Source: Candidatus Latescibacterota bacterium
GTDB lineage: Bacteria > Latescibacterota > UBA2968 > UBA8231
DNA length: 64,000 bases
Assembly: GCA_965204725.1 (NCBI GenBank)
Contig: OZ242005.1
Span: forward strand, 640,001 to 704,000
Direction of reading: 5' to 3'
Shown: positions 45,565 to 56,803 of the stretch, in pieces
Layout: every line of letters begins with the position of its first letter
Position numbering within the stretch: the stretch's first letter is position 1
Notes under the pieces: generated by a model
The model's input: only the letters and a program-made list of their open reading frames with translations
What the model was told of the DNA's origin: nothing
Databases searched by the model: none
Program-made: the position numbers and the translations under genes

Positions 45565-47046
45565 CTAGGAAAGTTGTGCAGAAGGCTCGAATAGGATTTC
45601 CTTCGTCCTTGGATCTACAAACACGACCCCTCCCGACGCTCGCAGATCTGCTGCTGAATAGCCCGTCAGAATCTCTGTTATGTACTTCCATGTTGAGCCG
45701 CGAAATAACTCAAAGTGCCCTTTCGTGCCATGTGCTATAAATACGCTCGCAGGTAACTCCTCCGAGTCCCGTATTTTTGGTGATATTCGGCTCCAAGAAT
45801 CAAGGGCACATGTATAGCCATCTAGTTGTTCGGTTACACAAATCGTGATTTTGGAAATTTGGCTGAGGTTTTGTACAAAAAGACCAATCCTCTCGTTTTC
45901 ATAAGTGCTTATCGACGGTTTTGAGCGATCGCCAAACATCCACCGCCGATAGTAAAATAGCTCCTCTTTTGTTTTGCGAGAGGCAATCGCATCCGCAAAC
46001 CCTAATAAAATCAAGTAGTCCAAGTCGTGTTTTACATTGATCAAACGTTTCCTATGCCCCTTAGACAGTTTTCTAAACGTATCCTTGCCTTGACGTAGGC
46101 AGTCGCAGGCCACGGTAAGAAGCGATTTAGAAAAATGCCATAGAACCCATTTTTCATTTACGTCTCGGGGATTTGGTGAAACAGTCCTGTCATTCTTCAC
46201 GACGGAACTAATTACCTTTATCACTGATCGAATATTACTTGGATCGTTGATTAAATCGTAACAAGTTTGCACAACTTCTTTATCATGGGGTGCTTTATCT
46301 TTTATTTTTGCTTTGATTTCCTCAAATTCCGATTCTTCACTAAGTTCTGAGAAGTTCTGAAATAGTTCAGGTATATCGGGGCCTTCGCATTCTTGAATGG
46401 CCTTCTCAATTATTTCGTCTCGATTATTAGGATCATACTGTGGATTTTCTGCCAACATTTTCTGAAAGCGTTTAGTTCTTTCAGCATTAAAAGGATTACC
46501 GTATGGGTGGTTCTCTTCGAGTTCAACCCTATACATCTCAGAGACATGTTCCCATACCTCGATAGCGTCCCGATACTCCATCAGCTTGCTCTTTGATGCG
46601 TCCCATTGGTTGGCGTTAGATGTGCTGAAAAGTTCAAAAAGTAGCGTATCGGTTACAACGATGCGACCGCCTCGTTTACTTATCATGCGAAGCGGCGCAC
46701 CATCCTTTTTCATGCCGCGAATGTAGCTGGCGTCGATGATAATGCGCGGTCGTTCAACCTCAACCTCCGTTATGCCTACTGTGGTTTCGGTTTGAGGAAC
46801 CGGATCGTCGCATTCTGTGAGAGCTTTGTAATGGAAGGACATTGCCTCCTCAGTTGACCTATGCGGTTGGAGATCGAAGTCACCGTATTCCATCAGGCTC
46901 TCGATGTGCGCGGTGATGGCTTCGCGGATGTTTCTCTGAATTTCCTCCCAAGTTTTCCCGGTACTTATGCAGCCCGGCAGATCGGGCGAATATGCCGAGT
47001 AGTTGTTGGGCGTACGTTCATAGATCACCGCGTATTTTAGCTTCAT
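45565..47046 (-). CDS. hicB: HicB antitoxin fused to a PIN-like/unknown region of about 400 aa
   Basis: First about 95 aa YAVIYE...PDLPGCISTGKT...REAI; then IIIDAS...LLFEL...HDLDY; AT-rich. Confidence 0.7.
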   Translation of the reverse strand: MKLKYAVIYERTPNNYSAYSPDLPGCISTGKTWEEIQRNIREAITAHIESLMEYGDFDLQPHRSTEEAMSFHYKALTECDDPVPQTETTVGITEVEVERPRIIIDASYIRGMKKDGAPLRMISKRGGRIVVTDTLLFELFSTSNANQWDASKSKLMEYRDAIEVWEHVSEMYRVELEENHPYGNPFNAERTKRFQKMLAENPQYDPNNRDEIIEKAIQECEGPDIPELFQNFSELSEESEFEEIKAKIKDKAPHDKEVVQTCYDLINDPSNIRSVIKVISSVVKNDRTVSPNPRDVNEKWVLWHFSKSLLTVACDCLRQGKDTFRKLSKGHRKRLINVKHDLDYLILLGFADAIASRKTKEELFYYRRWMFGDRSKPSISTYENERIGLFVQNLSQISKITICVTEQLDGYTCALDSWSRISPKIRDSEELPASVFIAHGTKGHFELFRGSTWKYITEILTGYSAADLRASGGVVFVDPRTKEILFEPSAQLS

Positions 47047-47243
47047 CGGTTTCTCTCCCTTAGTCCGGCTTGTCTCAGTATATTCAGATAGGTCCCCGGT
47101 GCCATATCATCTCTCGGATGCCCCGGAATAGTCACTGTCCCAGGCTTCTCGGGGTGACGATATTGACGATGACTGCCTCGCGTCCTTACTAGCTTCCAAC
47201 CGTCTCTCTGTACCAATTGGATGACGTCCCTAACCTTTGGCAT
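47043..47243 (-). CDS. hicA: HicA mRNA interferase toxin
   Basis: 66 aa; GW...RGSHRQYRHP...VTIPGH...GTY..ILRQAG. Confidence 0.9.
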   Translation of the reverse strand: MPKVRDVIQLVQRDGWKLVRTRGSHRQYRHPEKPGTVTIPGHPRDDMAPGTYLNILRQAGLRERNR

Positions 47244-47247
47244 ATCT

Positions 47248-48054
47248 CTACCAAGAAAGTTTCTCCGACAAGTTGTGAAAAAAGTACTTGTCGTCGAGGT
47301 AGATCAGCCGCGCCGTGTGGGCGGCTTGGCCGACGTACACCTCCTGCTCGGGCGCTAAACTGCATATCTCGCGGCCATCGGCAATGAGTGCCACCCGGCT
47401 GTCTAAGGTCTCGGGGCTAACGCGCAACCGCACCCGCTTCTCAGCCGACAAGATCAAGGTCCGCGACGTGAAGTTGTATTCGTTGATGCCGTCGAGCAAC
47501 ATGCAGCGCACTTCCGGCATGACCAGCGGCGCACCCATCGACAGCAACAGCCCGGTGCTGCCCGTCGGCGTGCCAACGACCACGCCGTCGCCGCGGATGG
47601 TGCGGATTTTGGCGTCGTCCACAAAGACGTCCGTAGAGAGCATTTTGTGGTGCGCCCGCAAGGTCACCTCGTTGAAGACCAGCCGCTCGCCGCCGGGGTG
47701 GCGGCAAGAGAGCACCAAGCGCTCGCTAACGAAGTACTGGCCATCGACTAAGAGCTGGACGATGCGCGCCAAGTCCTTGCGGTCTCCAGCGGTCAGAAAG
47801 CCGACCGTGCCGAAGTTGATCGCCAACACGGGCCGCTGCGGAAAGCGCGCAAAAGCGCGGAGCACAGTGCCGTCGCCGCCGAGCGCAATGACCAAGTCCA
47901 GATCGGCTGGGGGCTCGTCGCCCTCGATAAAACGCACTGCAATCCCATGCGCGGCAAATAGGTCGCGCACCTCGGCGACTGGATAGTCCAAATCCCGGTC
48001 GCGCGGCAGGACCCCGACCTTTTTGAGGACGAGTGGCACCGGCACCAATCCCAA
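47248..48054 (-). CDS. nadK: NAD(+) kinase
   Basis: GGDGT, GTVGFL, NE, GDG...TPTGST; exact start uncertain. Confidence 0.88.
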   Translation of the reverse strand: MGLVPVPLVLKKVGVLPRDRDLDYPVAEVRDLFAAHGIAVRFIEGDEPPADLDLVIALGGDGTVLRAFARFPQRPVLAINFGTVGFLTAGDRKDLARIVQLLVDGQYFVSERLVLSCRHPGGERLVFNEVTLRAHHKMLSTDVFVDDAKIRTIRGDGVVVGTPTGSTGLLLSMGAPLVMPEVRCMLLDGINEYNFTSRTLILSAEKRVRLRVSPETLDSRVALIADGREICSLAPEQEVYVGQAAHTARLIYLDDKYFFHNLSEKLSW

Positions 48055-48064
48055 TCCCGGCGGC

Positions 48065-48976
48065 CTACTTGGCCCGCGCTTGTTTGCCGGCCTGCGCCTC
48101 GTAAGCCTTGATCAGCGCCTGAGTGCCTTCTTCGGCGCAGCCCGTGCGCTCGACGATGTTGAAAAACTGGTGGGCTATGCTCACGGCCGGCAGGGCCAGC
48201 TTGACATCGTTAGCCGCCTGCAAGACCAACCGCAGGTCCTTTTGCTGCAAATAGACCATAAAGCCCGGGTCGAAATCGCCAGCGGCAATGCGCGGGCCTA
48301 GATTGCTCAACTGCCAAGAGCCCGCCGCCCCGCCGCTGATGGCGTCAATGACCTTTTGCACATCCAAGTCGGAGGTCGCGGCCAGCATTAGGGCCTCGGC
48401 CATGGCCATGTTGTTGACCGAAACCGCGATCTGGTTGCAGAGCTTCGTCGTCTGGCCGGCGCCATGAGGGCCGATCAGGTTGATGTTGGTGCCCATGGCT
48501 TCGAAGACCGGCCGGCAGTGGTTAAAAACGGCCTCGTCGCCGCCGACCATGATCGATAGCGTACCATTGATCGCGCCCACATCGCCGCCGCTGACGGGCG
48601 CGTCGAGCATGGCCACGCCTCGTTCCTGCAAGGCCGCGGCCACCGCGCGGGTGCTTTTGGGCGAAACCGTGCTCATGTCGATGACGACCGCGCCCTCTTT
48701 GGCCCCGTGAATCGCGCCCTCCTCGCCCACGAGCACCGCCTCCATATCGGGCGTGTCCGTGACGATGCTGATAACGATGTCCGCACCGCTCGCCGCGGCC
48801 TTGGGCGATCCAACGCGTACGCCGCCAGCCGCGACGACCTCGTCGACGCGCGGCCGGTCGCTGCGGTTATAGACCCTGAGTTGATACCCGGCCTCGAGCA
48901 AGTTTTTTGCCATGGGCGCGCCCATGATCCCCAAGCCGATAAAGCCGATTTGCGTTTGCCCCGGTGCTGCTGCCAT
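48065..48976 (-). CDS. 3-hydroxyisobutyrate/2-hydroxy-3-oxopropionate reductase family dehydrogenase
   Basis: GFIGLGIMG, DAPVSGG, KLCNQ, QKDL. Confidence 0.88.
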   Translation of the reverse strand: MAAAPGQTQIGFIGLGIMGAPMAKNLLEAGYQLRVYNRSDRPRVDEVVAAGGVRVGSPKAAASGADIVISIVTDTPDMEAVLVGEEGAIHGAKEGAVVIDMSTVSPKSTRAVAAALQERGVAMLDAPVSGGDVGAINGTLSIMVGGDEAVFNHCRPVFEAMGTNINLIGPHGAGQTTKLCNQIAVSVNNMAMAEALMLAATSDLDVQKVIDAISGGAAGSWQLSNLGPRIAAGDFDPGFMVYLQQKDLRLVLQAANDVKLALPAVSIAHQFFNIVERTGCAEEGTQALIKAYEAQAGKQARAK

Positions 48977-48996
48977 GGTCCTCTCCCATCTAAAAT

Positions 48997-50823
48997 CTAA
49001 AAGGTGAAAAAGAGATGTCTGTTGTCCTCGATCTCGGCCGTCTCGTACAGGTGTGTGAACCAGTTCTGCACGGCCTCCTGCGTGCGCTGGGCTTGGAGCT
49101 GAGCGCCTACTTGCGCCCGCTGCTCGGCGAATTGCTCCTCGTCTATCGGCGTCTTCTCCAGCAGCCTCAGCAGGTACGCACCGCGCTGGCTGCCCTCGGC
49201 GACTTCGATCACCGCGCTGAGTTGGCCCTCTGCCAAGCGGAAGGCTGCGCCGACCACCGCGTTGCCGCGACCTAGACCCTCCACCGATTCGGTGCGCGCA
49301 AAGGGCTCGGGGGCGTGCCGCTCCAGCCCGGCGTTTTGGGCCGCTGCGGCCAAGGTAGTCCCGGCTTCTACTTCCCGCCGCACGGCCTCTAGCCGAGCCG
49401 CGGCGCGCTCGGCCTTTTTGCGCGCCCGCACCAACGGCTCAAGCTGGGGCTTGAGCTCGTCTAAGGGGGCCGTGCCCGCAGGGCGTTTGGCGACTAGATG
49501 CGCGACCCACAGCCCCAAGTCGTCCTCAATGACTTGGCTGACAGCGCCCAGATCCTGTTCAAAAAAGTGGTTGACGATCCAAGTCGTGTTCGCGCTAAGG
49601 CCCGGCACGGCTTGGCTCTTCCGCAGGAAATTCGTGGCTGTCGCCTCCATGCCAGAGGCCGCGAGCGCGGCCGCAAATCCCTCGGCCTCGGCCTGCTCTT
49701 GCAACGCCTCGGCCCGGGTCCGCAGGCTGTCCTCGGTTGAGCGCGAGGGCTGGTATCTGAGCAGGATGTGGCGGGCATGCACCTGCTCCTCGCCGTTTTC
49801 CGCCGAGCGTTCTTCCACCTTGATCAGGTGCCAGCCATAGCGCGTCTGCACCGGCTCGGAGAGTTCGCCCGGGGCCAAGGCAAAGGCCGCTTCCTCAAAG
49901 GGCGCGACCATCCGACCGCGACCGAAAAAACCGAGGTCGCCGCCTTGGGCGGCCGAGCCTTCGTCGTCGGAGACCACCGCGGCCAACTCGGCGAAATCCT
50001 CACCGGCTTCGATTTCTTGGCGCAGGCGACCGATCTCCTCTTTGAGCTCCAGCGAATCCGCAGTGCTGGCCACCTTGGGAAAGTGCGCGTACTCCAGCTT
50101 TACTTGCTCGGGGTGCTCGTAGTCGGCTGCGTTCTCTTGGTAGTAAGCCGCCAACTCTTCGTCTGTGACCTCAATCTCGTCATCGGCATCTAAAACGTCG
50201 CTGGGGGCAAATGCGTATTCGACGCTCACCTTTTCGTTGGCCTCGGCAAAGTACTGGCGCACCTCGTTGGGACTCACCGGTGCGGTGCCCCGCAGCATCC
50301 GCTGGAGCCTGTAATCGAGCAATTGCCGCTCGACCGAGCTCTCGATCCACAGGACTAAGGATTGGTTGTTGGGGTCGCTGAGATTGGCCGGATTGCCGAT
50401 GAACTGGGCGTATTTGTCCATGTCGAACGCGCCGTCGGTCTTAAAACGCTCGAATTCGCGCACGGCCGGCGGGGGCTTATTCCTCGTGTAAAAGGCAATC
50501 TCCCCGTCGGTCACCTCAAACCCCAAGCGCTCGTACTCTTGGTTCAGAATGATCTCGCGCACGTAGTAGTCCCATACCTGTCGCACGAGCAGGGCCTGAT
50601 CGGCGCGCTGCTCCTGCGGCATCTGCTGGGCGACCCGCCGCAACGCGTCTTGGAACTCTTGCAGCGAAATGGTCTCGCCATTGACCACGCCGACCGCATC
50701 GCCGGCCGCGTTGGTGGGCGCACCCGAGTAGTCGGCCCCCCACTCGACGACGATCAAGCCGATGAAGGCAAATATGACAAACCACAGGACGAGCACCGTC
50801 TTTTGGCGCAACAAAGTCATCAT
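48997..50823 (-). CDS. PpiD/SurA-like parvulin peptidyl-prolyl isomerase
   Basis: N-terminal TM anchor, SurA_N region, GGDLGFF...MVAPFE...GWHLI. Confidence 0.85.
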   Translation of the reverse strand: MMTLLRQKTVLVLWFVIFAFIGLIVVEWGADYSGAPTNAAGDAVGVVNGETISLQEFQDALRRVAQQMPQEQRADQALLVRQVWDYYVREIILNQEYERLGFEVTDGEIAFYTRNKPPPAVREFERFKTDGAFDMDKYAQFIGNPANLSDPNNQSLVLWIESSVERQLLDYRLQRMLRGTAPVSPNEVRQYFAEANEKVSVEYAFAPSDVLDADDEIEVTDEELAAYYQENAADYEHPEQVKLEYAHFPKVASTADSLELKEEIGRLRQEIEAGEDFAELAAVVSDDEGSAAQGGDLGFFGRGRMVAPFEEAAFALAPGELSEPVQTRYGWHLIKVEERSAENGEEQVHARHILLRYQPSRSTEDSLRTRAEALQEQAEAEGFAAALAASGMEATATNFLRKSQAVPGLSANTTWIVNHFFEQDLGAVSQVIEDDLGLWVAHLVAKRPAGTAPLDELKPQLEPLVRARKKAERAAARLEAVRREVEAGTTLAAAAQNAGLERHAPEPFARTESVEGLGRGNAVVGAAFRLAEGQLSAVIEVAEGSQRGAYLLRLLEKTPIDEEQFAEQRAQVGAQLQAQRTQEAVQNWFTHLYETAEIEDNRHLFFTF

Positions 50824-50840
50824 AAGCTGTAGTTCTCCTG

Positions 50841-51869
50841 CTACCTTGCGTTTTTTTCGTTGGCTTTAGCAGCCAGCCGGTTTTTCAGCTCCGCCGGATA
50901 GCGAAGCAGACAGGCCGTGCAGTGCCCCCCGCCCAGATCGACGAGGTGCGGCACGACGCGGGTGCAGATTGCTTCGCGCTCTGGGCAGCGCGGGTGAAAG
51001 GCGCATCCCGCGGGCACGGCCGCCGGATTGGGCGCGTCGCCCTCCAAGAGGGTGCGCGGCCGCTTGGTCTGTGGGTCGGGCGCGGGCACGGCCGCGAGCA
51101 GAGCCCGCGTATAGGGATGGGATGGCTGGCGGTAGAGTTGATCGCGCTCGGCCACCTCAACGACGCGCCCCAAGTACATCACGGCCACCCGATCGGAGAT
51201 GTGGCGCACCACGCTCAAGTCGTGGGCAATAAACATATAGGTCAAGCCCAAATCGCGCTGGAGGTCTTGCAGCAAATTGATGATCTGGGCCTGCACTGAA
51301 ACGTCGAGCGCAGACACGGGCTCGTCGGCGACGATGAACTGCGGCCGCACCGCCAAGGCGCGGGCAATGCCAATGCGCTGGCGCTGACCGCCGGAAAACT
51401 CGTGCGGGTAGCGCCGCGCACAATCCGCCGACAACCCGACCATCGCCAACAATTCCCCCACTCGCTCGGCCAACTCAGCGCGCTCGGCGAGCCTGTGGAC
51501 CTTCAGGGCCTCGCCGATGATGCCGCCCACCGTCATCCGCGGGTTGAGCGACGCATAGGGGTCTTGAAAGATGATCTGCATGTCCCGCCGCTGCCGCCGC
51601 ATGGCCTCCTTGCCCAATCCCAACAGATCGACGCCGGCAAAGAGCACCTGCCCGGCCGTGGCCTCAATGAGCCGCAGCATGAGCCTGCCCAGCGTGGTCT
51701 TGCCGCAGCCGCTCTCCCCGACTACGCCCAAGGTCTCGCCGCGTCCAATCGCCAGATTGACCCCATCGACGGCCTTGACATGGGCCTGCACCCGGCCCCA
51801 AAACCCGCGGCGCACGGGAAAGTATTTTTTAAGCCCCTTGACCTCGACCAAGGGCGCGGCTTGACTCAT
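50841..51869 (-). CDS. Oligo/dipeptide ABC transporter ATPase (OppF-like)
   Basis: [25 protein letters not shown]-terminal Cys motif. Confidence 0.9.
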   Translation of the reverse strand: MSQAAPLVEVKGLKKYFPVRRGFWGRVQAHVKAVDGVNLAIGRGETLGVVGESGCGKTTLGRLMLRLIEATAGQVLFAGVDLLGLGKEAMRRQRRDMQIIFQDPYASLNPRMTVGGIIGEALKVHRLAERAELAERVGELLAMVGLSADCARRYPHEFSGGQRQRIGIARALAVRPQFIVADEPVSALDVSVQAQIINLLQDLQRDLGLTYMFIAHDLSVVRHISDRVAVMYLGRVVEVAERDQLYRQPSHPYTRALLAAVPAPDPQTKRPRTLLEGDAPNPAAVPAGCAFHPRCPEREAICTRVVPHLVDLGGGHCTACLLRYPAELKNRLAAKANEKNAR

Positions 51870-52852
51870 CGGTCCTCCTCCCCTGCCTTCCAACAGCTCG
51901 CCCAATGCCCGGCCTCAACTTCCTCTAGGCGCGGCGTTTCAGCCCGACAGCGGGCGTCGGCCAGCGGGCAGCGCGGGGCAAAGCGACAGCCCGATGGAAA
52001 AGCTCGGGCGTCGGGCACCACGCCCGGGATGATGTCCAATCGCTCCTGCGCGTCATCCAGCCGCGGAATCGAGCGCAGCAAACCGTGCGTATAAGGGTGC
52101 CGCGGGCGGGCGAAAAGCGCTTGCGTTGCCGCGTGTTCGACGATTTGACCCGCGTACATGACCGCCACTTGGTCGGCGGTCTCAGCGATCACCCCGAAGT
52201 CGTGCGTGATCATCACAATCGCCATCTGTAGGGATTTTTGCAGCGACTCCAACAGCGCGAGGATCTGCGCTTGGATCGTCACGTCGAGGGCCGTGGTCGG
52301 CTCGTCGGCAATCAGCACGTCTGGGTTGCACGACAGCGCCATGGCGATCATCACCCGCTGGCGCATCCCGCCCGATAGCTGATGAGGGTATTCGCCGCTC
52401 CGCTGGTCGGGCGCTGGAATGCCCACCAGCTTGAGCATCTCAACCGCCCGGGCGTGCGCTTCCTGCTTGGAAACCTGCTGGTGCAAGACGATGGCCTCGG
52501 CGATCTGGAAGCCGCAGGTCAGCACCGGGTTGAGGCTCGTCATAGGCTCTTGAAAAATCATCGCCAGATCGTCGCCGCGCACTCGGCGCATCTCCTCCTC
52601 GTCCAGCGCGAGCAAGTCGCGCCCCTTGAGCAAAATTTGCCCGGCCTCAATGCGACCCGGCGGGTCGGGCACCAAGCGCATGATCGAGAACGCGCTGACG
52701 CTCTTGCCGCAGCCGCTTTCCCCGACCAATCCCAGCGTCTGGCCCCGCCCCACTGCAAACGACACCCCGTCGACGGCGCGGGCGACGCCCTCTTCGGTGT
52801 GGAAGTAGGTCCGCAAATCGCGGACTTCCAACACGGGATCCGGCGCGATCAT
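51866..52852 (-). CDS. Oligo/dipeptide ABC transporter ATPase (OppD-like)
   Basis: [24 protein letters not shown]. Confidence 0.9.
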   Translation of the reverse strand: MIAPDPVLEVRDLRTYFHTEEGVARAVDGVSFAVGRGQTLGLVGESGCGKSVSAFSIMRLVPDPPGRIEAGQILLKGRDLLALDEEEMRRVRGDDLAMIFQEPMTSLNPVLTCGFQIAEAIVLHQQVSKQEAHARAVEMLKLVGIPAPDQRSGEYPHQLSGGMRQRVMIAMALSCNPDVLIADEPTTALDVTIQAQILALLESLQKSLQMAIVMITHDFGVIAETADQVAVMYAGQIVEHAATQALFARPRHPYTHGLLRSIPRLDDAQERLDIIPGVVPDARAFPSGCRFAPRCPLADARCRAETPRLEEVEAGHWASCWKAGEEDR

Positions 52853-53616
52853 GCGCTTTCTCCAGCCCGGCGCACTTCGTCGGCGGCCAGCGTCCCCCAG
52901 CGCATGGTCGCGCCGAGCTGACGGCGAAAGCCCTCAACTAGGCAATCGACCAACTCGGCCCGGTCGATGGGCCGCCCCATGCAGGCCTGCAAATCCGTGC
53001 TGTGCGCTCGCACCTGTCGGCTCCATTTTTGCCGCGTCCCCTCGTCAATCCGCATCAGTTGCGGCAGGCGCTCGTGCGCCCGGCCGAGCAAAATGGACCC
53101 GTGTTGGAGCAAGCGGCATCCGTAGCGCCGCTGGGCGCTGCCGACCAGCTTGCGCTGCTGGCACTTGAGTTCCCAGCGCGCTGTGCTGCCAAAACAAGGG
53201 GCCGACCGCGAAGGCCCAAGGCAACGACCAGCCCTCTCCAGCTCGACGGAGGCCCCGAACAGCCGCAGCCCTTCGGCCAAGCACGCGCCGATTTTGCGGT
53301 GCGTGGCCTCTACCCGCCCACCCGCGCCGAGGGCCTCGGCCACGCAGGCGACGCTGTACGTCAACTCCTCCCAGTGCAGTACCGCCCGGCCGCCGGTGGG
53401 CCGGCGCACCACGTCAATGCCCAGGGCGCGGCAGGCTGCTATATTGGCTTCGCGTTCGGGCTGCTGATTCCAGCCGCAGGAGACCGCCGGCGGGTCCCAG
53501 CCGTAGAAGCGCAGCACCGGGCCTTGGGCCGCGGCCGCAGCGAGGGCCTGATCGACGCCCATGTTGTACGCGCCGCAGTTCAAACCCGTATCGACGATGC
53601 GCCAAGTAGGGGCCAT
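52849..53616 (-). CDS. Lipoate-protein ligase/octanoyltransferase family (LipM/LplA-like)
   Basis: [33 protein letters not shown]. Confidence 0.85.
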   Translation of the reverse strand: MAPTWRIVDTGLNCGAYNMGVDQALAAAAAQGPVLRFYGWDPPAVSCGWNQQPEREANIAACRALGIDVVRRPTGGRAVLHWEELTYSVACVAEALGAGGRVEATHRKIGACLAEGLRLFGASVELERAGRCLGPSRSAPCFGSTARWELKCQQRKLVGSAQRRYGCRLLQHGSILLGRAHERLPQLMRIDEGTRQKWSRQVRAHSTDLQACMGRPIDRAELVDCLVEGFRRQLGATMRWGTLAADEVRRAGESA

Positions 53617-54374
53617 TAGAGCGCGTCCAAACTCTCGAGGGCGTCCTTGGCCGCCCTCTGTTGGGCCTCCTTCTTGCTCCGCCCTTGGCCCCAGCCCATG
53701 CGCCGACCCGTAATGCTCACTTCGACGATAAAGAGCTTGTCGTGGTCAGGCCCCTCCTCGGCGTGAACCCAGTAGCGGGGGGGGCCATTGCCCATGCTCT
53801 GCGAGTATTCGAGTAACTTGCTCTTAAAGTTGAAGGTCGCGTCCTGTTGGACTATTTGGTGAAAATCCGCGAGCACCGCGCGCTGGACAAAGGCACGGGC
53901 CGCCTCTAGCCCCCCGTCGAGATAGATCGCCCCAATCAGCGACTCCAAAGTGTCGCAGAGAATCGACGGCCGCTGGCCGCCGTTGGCCTCGCGCTCATAA
54001 GGACTCAGCAACACAAAGGTCCCCACTCCGAGGCGATCCGCTTGCTGAGCCAGCACCGTGCGGCTGACCAACTGCGACCTCATCTGGGTCAACTCGCCCT
54101 CGGCCTTGTCCTCAAAGCGGCGGAAGAGGAATTCAGAGACCAACAGCTCCAGCACGGCGTCGCCGAGAAATTCGAGCCGCTCGTTCGACTCGAGGCGGTC
54201 GCTGCCCTCCTTGGCGTACACGTACGATCGATGCTTGAGGGCCTTGACCAACAGATGCTCATTCTTAAAACGGTAGCCCAACCGACTTTCGAGGGCGCGC
54301 CGCGAACCCGAGGCCAACTCTCGTCGGTCGCCCGCCGGCTTGTAGCGATTCCACAGGGTCGAAATCCAGCTCAT
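53616..54374 (-). CDS. rnc: Ribonuclease III
   Basis: NERLEFLGDAVL signature plus dsRBD. Confidence 0.95.
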   Translation of the reverse strand: MSWISTLWNRYKPAGDRRELASGSRRALESRLGYRFKNEHLLVKALKHRSYVYAKEGSDRLESNERLEFLGDAVLELLVSEFLFRRFEDKAEGELTQMRSQLVSRTVLAQQADRLGVGTFVLLSPYEREANGGQRPSILCDTLESLIGAIYLDGGLEAARAFVQRAVLADFHQIVQQDATFNFKSKLLEYSQSMGNGPPRYWVHAEEGPDHDKLFIVEVSITGRRMGWGQGRSKKEAQQRAAKDALESLDAL

Positions 54375-54446
54375 AAGCCTAATGCCCGATTGAAAACCTC
54401 GTTTGGCGTGCGCGGGGAGCGTTAGCGTTGGGGATGTGCGTCAGCG

Positions 54447-55706
54447 TCAGCCCGTGAAGCGACCAAACACCAGTGCCACGTTGTGGCCGCCAAAGCCAAA
54501 GGAGTTGTTGAGGGCGTAGTTTACCTGCACGCGGCGAGCCTCGTTGGGCACGTAGTCGAGGTCGCATTCGGGGTCGGGGTTTTCGTAGTTGATCGTCGGC
54601 GGCAGCACCCCGCTTTTGAGCGCCATAATGCAGGCGACGCTCTCGATAGCCCCGGCCGCGCCCAACAGATGCCCGGTCATGGACTTGGTCGAACTTACGG
54701 CCATGCGGTCGGTATGGCCGGCAAAGACCGCCTTGAGCGCCGCAGTCTCCTGCTGGTCGCCCATGGGGGTCGAGGTGCCATGGGCATTGACGTACCCGAT
54801 GTCGCTCGGGGCCAAGCCCCCGTCTTGCAGCGCGATGCGGATGGCCCGCGCCCCGCCCTCGGCCCCTGGGGCCATGGCCGTCTGGTGATAGGCGTCGGCG
54901 GTAAAACCCAGCCCGAGAAACTCTCCGTAGATCTCGGCCCCGCGCCCTCGGGCGTGCTCCAACTCCTCCAAGATGACGCCCCCGGCCCCTTCGCCGAGCA
55001 CGAATCCGTCGCGCTCAGCGTCAAAGGGCCGACTGGCCCGCTCGGGCTCGTGGTTGCGCGTCGATAGGGCCTTGGCCGAGGAAAAGCCCGCCATGGAAAT
55101 GGGCGTGACGGCCGCTTCTGAGCCGCCGGTCACCATCACGTCGGCTTCCCCGTACTGAATTTTGCGCGCCGACTCGCCCAAGGCATGGGCCGCCGATGAA
55201 CAGGCCGACACCGTGGCGTAGTTCGGCCCTTTGGCCCCCAACTCCATGGCGATCACGCCCGGGGCCATGTCGGAGATCATCATGGGCACGTAGAACGGGC
55301 TGACGCGCTTGGGGCCTTTCTCCAACAGGATGGTGTGCTGGTCTTCGTGGGTCTGAATCCCGCCGATACCCGAGCCCCAGATCACGCCCACGCGCTCGGG
55401 GTCAACCGCTTCCATGTCGAGCCGGGCGCGGCTAGCCGCCTCTTTGGCCACGCAGACTGCGTAGTGCGTGAAGGCGTCGTTGCGGCGCACATCCTTGCGG
55501 TCCATGACCGCCTCCGGGGCGAAATTCTTGACCTCGGCCGCGATCGTGGTCCGGTGTTGGGAAGCGTCGAACTTGGTGATCGGCCCGACCCCCCCCCGGC
55601 CGGCTAGGAGCGCGTTCCAGAACGTCGGCAGGTCGTTGCCATTGGGTGCTAAGACCCCCAAGCCGGTGACGACGGCTCTGCGCCTCTGTACTGGAGCTTC
55701 GCTCAC
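54447..55706 (-). CDS. fabF: 3-oxoacyl-ACP synthase II
   Basis: [26 protein letters not shown]. Confidence 0.95.
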   Translation of the reverse strand: MSEAPVQRRRAVVTGLGVLAPNGNDLPTFWNALLAGRGGVGPITKFDASQHRTTIAAEVKNFAPEAVMDRKDVRRNDAFTHYAVCVAKEAASRARLDMEAVDPERVGVIWGSGIGGIQTHEDQHTILLEKGPKRVSPFYVPMMISDMAPGVIAMELGAKGPNYATVSACSSAAHALGESARKIQYGEADVMVTGGSEAAVTPISMAGFSSAKALSTRNHEPERASRPFDAERDGFVLGEGAGGVILEELEHARGRGAEIYGEFLGLGFTADAYHQTAMAPGAEGGARAIRIALQDGGLAPSDIGYVNAHGTSTPMGDQQETAALKAVFAGHTDRMAVSSTKSMTGHLLGAAGAIESVACIMALKSGVLPPTINYENPDPECDLDYVPNEARRVQVNYALNNSFGFGGHNVALVFGRFTG

Positions 55707-55942
55707 GCCTTGCTGTTCTCTTCTAGGTACTTAATCGCATCGGCTACGACGGCCATCTTTTCGGCGTCCTCGTCCGGGATGTCGATCCCGAACTCCTCTT
55801 CAAAGGCCATGACCAGCTCGACGGTATCGAGCGAATCGGCCCCCAAATCGTCGATAAAAGATGCCTGGGGATTTACTTGATCTTGGCTCACGCCGAGCTG
55901 TTCGACGACCAGATCTCTCACGCGCTCTTCAATAGAAGCCAT
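55703..55942 (-). CDS. acpP: Acyl carrier protein
   Basis: [20 protein letters not shown]. Confidence 0.97.
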   Translation of the reverse strand: MASIEERVRDLVVEQLGVSQDQVNPQASFIDDLGADSLDTVELVMAFEEEFGIDIPDEDAEKMAVVADAIKYLEENSKA

Positions 55943-56053
55943 GGTGGGTTCCTCTTGGGATAGGAGTAAACAATTGTCTCCGCTGCGGCCAATGGCCGGC
56001 GGCCTAGCAATTAGGGTATAAATATAGGCGATGGGCCAATTTTTTGCTAGCCA

Positions 56054-56803
56054 TCACATGACCATGCCGCCATCTACGGCCAAGACTTGGCCGGTGATAT
56101 AGGCGGCCTGATCCGAGGCTAGAAACGCCACGGCATGGGCCACGTCTTCCGGCGTCCCCGCTCGCCCCAGCGGCACCGCGGCCATCATCTGTTCCTGCTG
56201 CTGGGGTGTCAACCCGTCCGTCATGCCCGTTTCCGGCACGAGCCCCGGGGCCACGGCATTGGCGGTGATCCCACGCGAGGCCAACTCCCGCGCCAAGCTC
56301 TTGGTCAGGCCGATCAACCCGGCCTTGGACGCGGCGTAGTTGGCTTGACCGGCATTGCCCAGCAATCCCACGACCGAGGTGATGTTGACGATTCGCCCGC
56401 CGCGAGCCTTGAGCATGGGACGCACCGCCGCCCGGACGCAGTTGAAGGCCCCCTTGAGGTTGATCGCCAACACCTCGTCCCAGTCCTCCTCCTTCATCCG
56501 CATCAGCAAATTGTCGCGGGTGACGCCGGCGTTGTTGACCAACACGTCTAGCCGGCCCAACTCCGCGATCGTCGCCGCCACGAGCGCGGCCGCCTGCTCG
56601 GCGTCGGCGACATCGGCTTGGCGCACGAGGCAGCGGCGGCCCAGCGTCTCAATGGCCGCGGCCACTTCGCCGGCCGCCGCCACCCGGCGAGCGCAGACGG
56701 CCAAATCCGCGCCCTCTGCGGCCAAGCGCAGGGCAATGGCCCGGCCGATGCCCCGTGACCCACCGGTCACTAACGCGACTTTTCCCTCTAAGAGTCCCAT
56801 CAC
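56054..56803 (-). CDS. fabG: 3-oxoacyl-ACP reductase
   Basis: TGGSRGIG, NNAGVTRD, YAASK; fab context. Confidence 0.93.
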   Translation of the reverse strand: MMGLLEGKVALVTGGSRGIGRAIALRLAAEGADLAVCARRVAAAGEVAAAIETLGRRCLVRQADVADAEQAAALVAATIAELGRLDVLVNNAGVTRDNLLMRMKEEDWDEVLAINLKGAFNCVRAAVRPMLKARGGRIVNITSVVGLLGNAGQANYAASKAGLIGLTKSLARELASRGITANAVAPGLVPETGMTDGLTPQQQEQMMAAVPLGRAGTPEDVAHAVAFLASDQAAYITGQVLAVDGGMVM

